Source: Parcubacteria group bacterium
GTDB taxonomy: Bacteria > Patescibacteriota > Minisyncoccia > Moranbacterales > UBA2206
DNA length: 64,000 bases
Reading direction: 5' to 3'
NCBI GenBank assembly: GCA_041659505.1
Contig: JBAZYF010000005.1
Span: 57,779 to 121,778, forward strand
The notes below the pieces were generated by a model. It worked only from the letters and a program-made list of their open reading frames with translations. It searched no databases and was not told the origin of the DNA. Every line of letters begins with the position of its first letter. The first letter of the stretch is position 1. Made by a program: the position numbers and the translations under genes. This document shows positions 50,759 through 58,760 of this stretch, piece after piece.

Positions 50759-51976
50759 ATGAAAGAAACTAAACTAGTATTAGAAGAATCCCGAGTGGAT
50801 GGAATTCTTAATCGGGGCGTAATCGTTGAAGTTCTGCCAACTAAGAAAGAATTTCGTGAGCGTCTTCTCAGTGGAGACAAAATGAAATTCTACATTGGTG
50901 CCGATCCTACATCAACCTCACTTCATCTTAGCCATGCTAAAAATTACATGCTTTTAGAAGATTTTCGCCGTCTTGGCCACGAGGTAATAGTGTTATTCGG
51001 CGATTTCACTGCTAGAATCGGTGATCCAACGGATCGTGCTACAGCAAGAAAGCAGCTTACGCGTGAAGAGGTCTTGGCTAATGTGCAAGACTGGATAAAT
51101 CAAATCCGGCCACTTATGGATTTTGATGCCAAAGAAAATCCTCCACGTATAGTTTACAACCATGATTGGTTGTCTAAGTTAACAATGGAGGATGTGGTTA
51201 ATCTGGCTTCAAATATGACCGTTCAACGTATGTTAGAGCGCGATATGTTTGAGAAAAGAATGAGGGAAGAGAAGCCGATTTTTCTCCACGAATTCATGTA
51301 CCCGCTTATGCAGGGCTTTGACAGTGTAGCTTTGGAAGTTGATGTAGAGCTTTGTGGCACGGATCAGACTTTTAATGCGTTAGTTGGAAGGACTTTGCTT
51401 AAGAAGCTCAAAGGTAAGGATAAATTTGTGGTAGCTGTGCATTTAATGGAAAACCCTGTCACGGGAGAGTTGATGTCTAAGAGTCGCGGTACCGGCGTGT
51501 TCTTAAATTCAACACCGTTTGATATGTATGGCTCAATTATGGCTCAGTCCGATGAAATGACGCAGCATTTCCTTATTTGCAATACCAGGATTCCGTTAGA
51601 TGAAGTAAAAAAAATACTTCAAGCTAAAAATCCTCGTGACGCAAAAATGATTGCTGCCTATGAAGTTACAAAGGTATTTCATGGCGAGGATGCTACTAAG
51701 GAAGCACAAGACAAATTTATCCGATTAGTTCAAAAAAAAGAATTTGCAGAAGACGTGCCCGAGGTTGTCATTACCAACCCCTCTATAGGCTTGTTTGATC
51801 TTCTACGCAAAGGTCTTAATGATGACTATAGCAACACAAAAATTCGTCAGTTAATAAGGCAAAAATCTGTGAAAATTAATGGCGAAGTTGTGGATGTTCC
51901 CGATGAAATCATACATTTAAGCGGAGCAGTTAATGTCCGTGTTGGTAAAAAAGTGTGGTTTAAAGTTGTTCGATAA
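50759..51976 (+). CDS. tyrS: Tyrosyl-tRNA synthetase with atypical HLSH/LMSKS motifs
   Basis: YIGADPT, GDFTARIGDP, EFMYPLMQGFD, GTDQTFN, C-terminal S4 domain (VGKK). Confidence 0.93.
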   Translation: MKETKLVLEESRVDGILNRGVIVEVLPTKKEFRERLLSGDKMKFYIGADPTSTSLHLSHAKNYMLLEDFRRLGHEVIVLFGDFTARIGDPTDRATARKQLTREEVLANVQDWINQIRPLMDFDAKENPPRIVYNHDWLSKLTMEDVVNLASNMTVQRMLERDMFEKRMREEKPIFLHEFMYPLMQGFDSVALEVDVELCGTDQTFNALVGRTLLKKLKGKDKFVVAVHLMENPVTGELMSKSRGTGVFLNSTPFDMYGSIMAQSDEMTQHFLICNTRIPLDEVKKILQAKNPRDAKMIAAYEVTKVFHGEDATKEAQDKFIRLVQKKEFAEDVPEVVITNPSIGLFDLLRKGLNDDYSNTKIRQLIRQKSVKINGEVVDVPDEIIHLSGAVNVRVGKKVWFKVVR

Positions 51977-52321
51977 GTTGTTTGAATATGGATGATTCGA
52001 TGGCTCAGTTTCTTTATCAGAAGCTGAGCCTATTTTTTACAAAAATTTATATTATTTATTTGCGCAAGCATAGTTTGGTAGGTTGGTCTTATTCAAGAGA
52101 AAGATATATGCTATACTAAAAACATTGGAAAGAAAATCATCTATATTGGCTTGAAGAGAACCCCCTTTATTTGCTAGAAAGATTATTCACTAAAAAGATA
52201 AAGAATAACATTCAGCATCTTAAGCTTGAATATTTTGCCGACAGAGAGGGGTTCTCTCGCGTTCCAACGCAGAGTCGTTAGAACGCCTCTTTCTTAAATT
52301 GTTATTGTAATAAAAAACAGT

Positions 52322-53353
52322 ATGTTACCACAAAAACTAAATCCAGGCGACACCGTCGTAATTGTTTCTCCGTCTTGGGGTGGGCCAAGTGTTTTTCCGC
52401 ATGTCTATGAAAATGGACTTAAAATTTTAACAGAGTGGGGACTGAAAATTAAAGAATATCCGACAGCGAGGGCTGATGCGGGATATCTTCGGAAAAATCC
52501 AGAGGTTCGTGCAAAAGATATTAACAACGCTTTTTCTGATCCGGAAGTAAAAGCTATTTTTACCTCAATTGGCGGTGATGATTCGGTTAGAATTTTGCCT
52601 TATCTCAATAAAGAAACTATCAAAAATAATCCCAAAATACTCATGGGTTTCTCTGATACGACAACGCTTCATGCATTTTGTAATCAATTGGGGTTGGTCA
52701 CTTTCTATGGACCATCAATTATGGCGGGGTTTTCTCAGATGAAAAATTTACCGGAAAGTTTTGAATGCCATGTCAGGGAGATGTTATTTGAATCGAAAGA
52801 TGATTATGAGTATATTCCCTATGGAGAATATGCCGAAGGCTATTTTGGCTGGTCAGATAAGAATATTGTCGGTAAAACTAAGGAGCTTAAGAAAGAAAAT
52901 GATGGCTGGAAATTCCTGCAAGGCTCAGGCATTATTCGGGGAGAATTGTTTGGTGGTTGCATCGAAGTTTTGGAAATGATGAAGGGAACGGAATTTTGGC
53001 CACAGCCAGAATTTTGGAATGGCAAAATTTTAGTATTAGAAACATCTGAAGATAAACCGACATATTCTCAGGTTGGTTGGATGCTTTTAAATTATGGCAT
53101 GCAAGGTATATTTGATCGAATCGGTGGTATTGTTATAGGAAGAGCACGAGATTATTCTGCGGAAGAAAAATTAGAGTTGGAGAAAAAAATTATTTCAGTT
53201 GTCAGAGATGAATTTGGTCGAGCAGACCTATCAATTATTGCTAATATGGATTTTGGCCATACTGATCCGCAATTTGTTTTACCATTGGGAGCAAAAGCGG
53301 AAATCGATTGTGATAATAAGAAGTTTAAAATAGTCGAACCTTGCTTGAAGTAG
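52322..53353 (+). CDS. Peptidase S66 (MccF/LD-carboxypeptidase family)
   Basis: VSPSWG, RAKDINNAF, SIGGDDS, GFSDTT (Ser), LETSE (Glu), DFGHTDP (His). Confidence 0.92.
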   Translation: MLPQKLNPGDTVVIVSPSWGGPSVFPHVYENGLKILTEWGLKIKEYPTARADAGYLRKNPEVRAKDINNAFSDPEVKAIFTSIGGDDSVRILPYLNKETIKNNPKILMGFSDTTTLHAFCNQLGLVTFYGPSIMAGFSQMKNLPESFECHVREMLFESKDDYEYIPYGEYAEGYFGWSDKNIVGKTKELKKENDGWKFLQGSGIIRGELFGGCIEVLEMMKGTEFWPQPEFWNGKILVLETSEDKPTYSQVGWMLLNYGMQGIFDRIGGIVIGRARDYSAEEKLELEKKIISVVRDEFGRADLSIIANMDFGHTDPQFVLPLGAKAEIDCDNKKFKIVEPCLK

Positions 53354-53417
53354 CTTCTTAAAAAGAGTATCCTAAAAACAGAAGCAGGCCTATTTCATCT
53401 AAAAGGAGGTGAGGAGT

Positions 53418-53579
53418 ATGCTTATTGACTCAACCGATCGTGATGCAATGTCTGATGCCAGACTTGCGCATACGCATCCAGAGGCTTATGAGGCCAAGAT
53501 GAAGGCAAGAGCCGAATGGAATCCCATAGGAGATCTCATTAATTTTCTCAGAAGGCTAATTGCCAGAAAAGGAAAGTGA
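53418..53579 (+). CDS. 53-aa peptide (not in ORF track)
   Basis: AAAAGGAGGTGAGGAG RBS; MLIDSTDRDAMSDARLAHTHPEAYEAKMKARAEWNPIGDLINFLRRLIARKGK; terminator follows. Confidence 0.6.
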   Translation: MLIDSTDRDAMSDARLAHTHPEAYEAKMKARAEWNPIGDLINFLRRLIARKGK

Positions 53580-53587
53580 GATCCAAG

Positions 53588-53628
53588 GCGTTCGGGTGTG
53601 TAAACACCGCCCGAACGCATTTTTTTTT
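53588..53628 (+). terminator. Intrinsic terminator
   Basis: GCGTTCGGG..CCCGAACGC followed by T9. Confidence 0.8.
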
Positions 53629-53991
53629 AAGAAAAGAGACAATCGATCGTCTTGGTTTTCAAAATAAGACACATACTGTCTCGTGTCTCATTTGTCTCAT
53701 TTCACCTTTGAAATTGCGACCGAGGAGCCTCAAAAACCACTTTGCCCAAGACCTCTAATAAATCCCTCAACGGCCTTATTCTTGAAAGTTCTAGACCGAG
53801 GATGCCCGCCAAAGAAAATGTAGGTCATCCCGCCAAGGCGGGGCCGTCCCCGCAAATAAAAATAAGGCTAACCCGCCTTATTTTTTTGTATTTTTTTGAA
53901 ATTTATCTTCAAACTGATTAGAAGATAATTATTTATTGACACCTATGGTATACTGAAACATATAATTTAAAAGAGCTAAATTTTAATTCAT

Positions 53992-54651
53992 ATGGCAGAA
54001 TTCAATGGTGGATTTCTTGAAAAATCTAACAAGATCAATGGAATATCGGAAGCGGAACGCGCTCCAAAAGGAGAGTTGGTTAATTTTCAGGAATTATCTC
54101 AAAAACAGGAAAATTTTTTGATAGATCGAATCGAGAAGAGCGAAGGAAAGATAATCGTTTTTATTCATCCGCATTATTCAGAGAAAGAATCAATTCATAC
54201 GGATATAGGATTTGTGAGCGCGGATAGTTTGAGAGGTATGAGGGAAGCATTGCCAAGATTACTTGCCGGTCAAAAAGAAGGTCATCCTCCAATTTTTATT
54301 TTCCATGATGCAAATAAGGTGGTAGAGTTGGAAGGTTTGTTAAAGGAAAATTTATTCACGGACGCATTTGTCGTAGGAACACATCCGGATGATCCCACTC
54401 CGGAACAGAGTAGTTGGGAAGAGCTTCTTGAAAAATTAAAATCCGTCGGTACCAAGACGGTTATTTTGGCTGGCATGAATCTTGTTATCAGCTGGCCAGA
54501 TGGCAACGGTGAGCCTGAATTGGCGGGCTGTGTAATGGAGGCAGCCAAAGAGTTTTCAAAGGAGTTTCTGGTTAGTATGTCACGGCGCGTTTATCCTAAT
54601 ACTAGAGAAGATTATCATCGTTATGGCGGTCCGACTGGGGCTAATAAATAA
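53992..54651 (+). CDS. Hypothetical protein (possible isochorismatase-like fold)
   Basis: IIVFIHPH..VILAGM..GCV; own TTGACA/TATACT-like promoter. Confidence 0.55.
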   Translation: MAEFNGGFLEKSNKINGISEAERAPKGELVNFQELSQKQENFLIDRIEKSEGKIIVFIHPHYSEKESIHTDIGFVSADSLRGMREALPRLLAGQKEGHPPIFIFHDANKVVELEGLLKENLFTDAFVVGTHPDDPTPEQSSWEELLEKLKSVGTKTVILAGMNLVISWPDGNGEPELAGCVMEAAKEFSKEFLVSMSRRVYPNTREDYHRYGGPTGANK

Positions 54652-54747
54652 GTATTACCAATTAATAATAAAATCGTGTAGTCGGGGGCTATGATTGAGG
54701 ACTCGTAGCCCCTTCTTTTTATATAGGTTAGCTAATACAATAGAGAT

Positions 54748-55305
54748 ATGAAAATCATTTGCATCTTATTCCACGTCGGAAAAAAGAAAAGCGAAATAAC
54801 CCAAGATTCGCGGTGGCGTCTTTTGGCTGGGGCTGAATTAGCCAAGAAAAATGAAAAGGCACTGGTTCTATTTGTGGGAGGCGGAGGATTGGAAATTTTC
54901 GGAGCAGAACTCTTGAAAGAGTTTTGGGTTAAAAATTTTCCAGAAATTAAAAATGAATATTTTGTGCTAAATTCGTCCAACAATACTTTTGATAATCTCA
55001 AGGAAGTGCAAAGTTTTCTTGTAAAGAAAAGCATTTCTTTTCCCGAAGTTAATATTATCAGCAGTCTGTATCACCAAGAGCGATTGCAAAAAATTGCTAG
55101 CAAGTTAAATTCAAAAGCGACAATCTTGTCAGCTGAAGAGATTTTAATTTCAAAAAATAAGCAAATCGATGAGGTGAAAAAATATTTGAATTCAGCGGAG
55201 TACAGAAAAAAGATTTTTCTGGAATGGATTTTGAGAGCTTGTTTGTTTCTGGATTCAAAACAAAGAATGATCCGCGCCTGGCGTTGGTTTAGCTATAACC
55301 GATAG
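54748..55305 (+). CDS. YdcF/DUF218 family protein
   Basis: LFVGGGG, SNNTFDNL, IISSLYHQER. Confidence 0.75.
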   Translation: MKIICILFHVGKKKSEITQDSRWRLLAGAELAKKNEKALVLFVGGGGLEIFGAELLKEFWVKNFPEIKNEYFVLNSSNNTFDNLKEVQSFLVKKSISFPEVNIISSLYHQERLQKIASKLNSKATILSAEEILISKNKQIDEVKKYLNSAEYRKKIFLEWILRACLFLDSKQRMIRAWRWFSYNR

Positions 55306-55515
55306 GAGCTAGCAACCTTTCATTAGGACTTTCATTCTTTCTACTTTCACTCCGATACTGTCCCAATACGCCAATATTCCCTCAATCGACCGCTCAAAAA
55401 TGTTCCCGACTAATAACTGTCCTTCCCGCACAAAATAGTCCAGAAATGGGCTATTTTTTTGTTTTTGCTCAACTTGTAGTATAATCGGTGTAATAAGCAT
55501 TAACCAATAAAAACT

Positions 55516-56016
55516 ATGTCAAAAACAACAGAAAACTTGCAAGCGGCGTTTGCCGGAGAGTCGCAGGCTAATCGGCGCTATTTGGCTTTTGCTAAAAAAG
55601 CCGAGAGCGAAGGAAATCTGGGAATCGCAAAACTTTTTCGCGCGGCGGCGGAAGGAGAGACGATCCATGCACTGAGACACTTGCAAACATTAGGAGAGGT
55701 TAAGGATACGGCGGAGAACCTGAAAGCGGCGGTGGCGGGCGAAACTTATGAAATCGACATGATGTACCCGGAATTTCTGACACAGGCGCAAGCGGAAAAT
55801 GAAAAAGGTGCGGAAGCTTCTTTTTCACAAGCGCTCAAGGTGGAAATGATCCATCAGGCGCTTTTTCAAAAAGCACTCCAAAAATTGGAAGCAGGGGAGG
55901 ATCTTTCTGATGTGGATTATTATATTTGCCCGGTCTGTGGTTATCCGGCGATCTTGGAAGTGCCGGATTTTTGCCCAGTTTGCCAGACGCCAAAAGCTAA
56001 ATTTCAAAAAAATTAG
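55516..56016 (+). CDS. rbr: Rubrerythrin family protein
   Basis: AFAGESQA, EGETIHA, GETYE, VEMIH, CPVCGY..CPVC. Confidence 0.95.
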   Translation: MSKTTENLQAAFAGESQANRRYLAFAKKAESEGNLGIAKLFRAAAEGETIHALRHLQTLGEVKDTAENLKAAVAGETYEIDMMYPEFLTQAQAENEKGAEASFSQALKVEMIHQALFQKALQKLEAGEDLSDVDYYICPVCGYPAILEVPDFCPVCQTPKAKFQKN

Positions 56017-56125
56017 CTTGCACGTTTTTTCAATACGGGCTATAATAGAAAGGCGCTAAAGAGGCGTAGGATAAGCAAAAAACGAACGCTTTTTTGCTTT
56101 CTGTTTTAGTTTGTTGATTGTTGAT

Positions 56126-56165
56126 CCTCCTCCGTCCCGAAACATCGGGACTATGGCGGACGAAG
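56126..56165. repeat. REP-like palindrome
   Basis: CTCCGTCCCGA-aaca-TCGGGACTATGGCGG. Confidence 0.6.
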
Positions 56166-56169
56166 AAAA

Positions 56170-56544
56170 ATGGTACCACGTGGTTATCTTTGGCTAGTGA
56201 GAATAATCGGTCTTATCGCTCTTTCCGTTTTGATTTTTATTGTGCTGAAAATTGATCCGGAAAAGGATATTTGGGCTAAACTATTTTTCTATCTCGCGTT
56301 TTTTTTCCTGCTCGGTTCTTGGTTCAATTTGGCCTTACTGCGAATGCGGAAAAATCGGATGCGGGGAGAATTGGTCGGTGATAATATCATACTTAGTCTG
56401 CATCAAGGCTTCCTTTTGGCACTGCTTGCGACAATCCTGCTTGTTCTTCAGGGATTGCGCATGCTTTTGTGGTGGGACGGACTTTTGGTAGTCGCTGGCA
56501 TATTTCTGATTGAACTCTATTTTCTTTCTAGGGAGAATGATTGA
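56170..56544 (+). CDS. Conserved 4-TM membrane protein upstream of gyrB
   Basis: Four hydrophobic helices; SLHQGFLL..LQGLRML. Confidence 0.75.
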   Translation: MVPRGYLWLVRIIGLIALSVLIFIVLKIDPEKDIWAKLFFYLAFFFLLGSWFNLALLRMRKNRMRGELVGDNIILSLHQGFLLALLATILLVLQGLRMLLWWDGLLVVAGIFLIELYFLSREND

Positions 56545-56580
56545 ATGTAAAAAATAATTTTGTAGTAAATAAAAAACCAT

Positions 56581-58668
56581 ATGGCAGAAGATAATAAAAA
56601 GGCGAAAAGTAACGGGCCTGCCCGCAATGCTTCGCATAGCGATGCAGGCGGGGAATATAATGCCAAATCAATCCAAGTCTTGGAAGGCTTGGAGCCAGTC
56701 AGAAAACGTCCCGGAATGTATATCGGCGGAACATCGGTCGATGGCTTGCATCATTTGATCTGGGAAGTAGTCAATAACTCGATCGATGAAGCGATGGCGG
56801 GTCGTTGTGATAGCATAATTGTTAAGTTGCTCCCGGATAACATAATTGAAATTGAGGATAATGGTGCTGGTATCCCAGTGGAAAAACATCCGCAGACAAA
56901 AAAATCTGCCCTGGAAACCGTACTAACGGTGCTTCATGCCGGTGGAAAGTTCGGTGGCAATGGCTATAAAATCTCTGGAGGATTGCATGGCGTGGGTGTC
57001 TCGGTAGTCAATGCGCTTTCGGCATATCTCCGCGCTGAAGTCAAGCGGGATGGAAAAATTTATGCGATGGAATTTGAAAGAGGCAAGCCAAAAAGCAAGG
57101 ATCCAATCGTGGTGGGAAAAGCGAAAGAGACGGGAACAAAAATCATTTTTCAAGCTGATCCGCAAATTTTTCCCGAAATCAATTATTCCTGGGAAAGAAT
57201 CCTCGGCTATCTGCGCCAGCAATCCTATCTGACACAAGGCATTAGTGTGAAAATTTATGACACGCGCGAAGCGGGCAAAGAACGGGCTTATGGCTTTTTG
57301 TTTGATGGCGGATTAGTGTCTTACATCAAGTTTCTTAATCGAGGAAAGGCAATCAAAAATGAAATGCCTTTTTATGCGCGCAAAGAACAGGAAGACACAT
57401 TGGTCGAAGTAGCAGTGCAATATACTGATTCCTACAAGGAGCATGTGTTTTCTTTTGCCAACAATATTTCCACACCAGAAGGGGGAATGCACGAGGCGGG
57501 TTTTCGTTCAGCTCTCACGCGCGTCATCAATACTTATGCGAAAAAAACCGGTTTGTTGAAAGAGAAAGATGACAACTTTACGGCAGAAGATTTTCAAGAA
57601 GGCCTCACTGCAGTCATCAGTGTGAAACTGCGCAATCCGCAATTTGAAGGACAGACTAAGGCAAAATTGGGAAATGGTGAAATCCGTGGCATCGTTTCTT
57701 CGGCGACAGCTGAAGCGTTAGCGGAATACTTGGAAGCGCATCCGAATAATGCTAAGGCGATTATTTCTAAAATCTCCCTAACCTCAAAAGCGCGATTGGC
57801 AGCGCGTGCAGCGAAAGACGCTGTTATCCGCAAAGGCGCCCTGGAGGGAATGACCCTGCCGGGAAAATTGGCAGATTGTTCCAGTCGTGACGCTTCGCAA
57901 TCTGAGATCTATATCGTAGAGGGAGACTCGGCTGGTGGTAGCGCTAAGCAAGGACGCAATCGACGCTTTCAGGCGATTTTGCCACTGCGGGGAAAATTAG
58001 TGAATGTGGAAAAAGCGACGCTGGACAAGGTGGTAAAATCGGACACACTAAAGCCGATCATTATTGCCTTGGGTGCCGGCATTGGTGATAGTTTGGATAT
58101 TAACAAATTACGCTATCACAAAGTGATTATCATGGCCGATGCCGATGTCGACGGATCGCATATCCGCACATTGCTTCTGACTTTTTTCTATCGCTATTTC
58201 GAACCGCTCATCCGCAATGGCCATATTTATATCGCGCAACCGCCACTCTACCGTTTGCAAAAGGGAAAGGAAGTGAATTATGCTTTTACTGATCAAGGCA
58301 GAGATGTGCTTATCGAATCGATGAAAAAGAAAAGCGAGGCAAATAAAAAAGACAAAGCAGACAAAGCAGCGGAGAAAAATCTAGAAGAGATTGTGCCAGA
58401 AATCGTGATTGAAACCGATGAAGACGGCGAAGTGAAAGAGGAAGTGTCCGGTATTACGATCCAGCGCTATAAAGGTTTGGGAGAGATGAACCCGACACAA
58501 CTGTGGGAAACAACGATGGATCCGACGACCAGACTAATGATGCAGGTGAATATTGAAGACGCGGAAGCGGCGGACAAAATGTTTGATATCTTGATGGGTA
58601 CCGAAGTGGAACCGCGCCGGCGTTTCATCCAAACCCATGCCAAGAGTGTGAAGAATTTGGATGTATAA
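56581..58668 (+). CDS. gyrB: DNA gyrase subunit B
   Basis: LEGLEPVRKRPGMYIG, GGLHGVGVSVVNALS, EGDSAGG, PLRGK, DADVDG, RYKGLGEM. Confidence 0.97.
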   Translation: MAEDNKKAKSNGPARNASHSDAGGEYNAKSIQVLEGLEPVRKRPGMYIGGTSVDGLHHLIWEVVNNSIDEAMAGRCDSIIVKLLPDNIIEIEDNGAGIPVEKHPQTKKSALETVLTVLHAGGKFGGNGYKISGGLHGVGVSVVNALSAYLRAEVKRDGKIYAMEFERGKPKSKDPIVVGKAKETGTKIIFQADPQIFPEINYSWERILGYLRQQSYLTQGISVKIYDTREAGKERAYGFLFDGGLVSYIKFLNRGKAIKNEMPFYARKEQEDTLVEVAVQYTDSYKEHVFSFANNISTPEGGMHEAGFRSALTRVINTYAKKTGLLKEKDDNFTAEDFQEGLTAVISVKLRNPQFEGQTKAKLGNGEIRGIVSSATAEALAEYLEAHPNNAKAIISKISLTSKARLAARAAKDAVIRKGALEGMTLPGKLADCSSRDASQSEIYIVEGDSAGGSAKQGRNRRFQAILPLRGKLVNVEKATLDKVVKSDTLKPIIIALGAGIGDSLDINKLRYHKVIIMADADVDGSHIRTLLLTFFYRYFEPLIRNGHIYIAQPPLYRLQKGKEVNYAFTDQGRDVLIESMKKKSEANKKDKADKAAEKNLEEIVPEIVIETDEDGEVKEEVSGITIQRYKGLGEMNPTQLWETTMDPTTRLMMQVNIEDAEAADKMFDILMGTEVEPRRRFIQTHAKSVKNLDV

Positions 58669-58760
58669 TTTGTATTTTTTGCAGTTTGCATTTCTCTTAG
58701 TTTTTTTGTATAATTTATACGGTTGAATAATTAACTCGTTTCTTATTTAAAAATAAAAGT

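Larger units (their letters stand above)
40440..53854. mobile_element. Putative genomic island at tRNA-Asp (no integrase seen)
   Basis: GGCCGTCCCCGCA at 40427-40439 repeated at 53842-53854, with GTAGGTCA upstream in both; accessory, partly AT-rich cargo. Confidence 0.55.
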
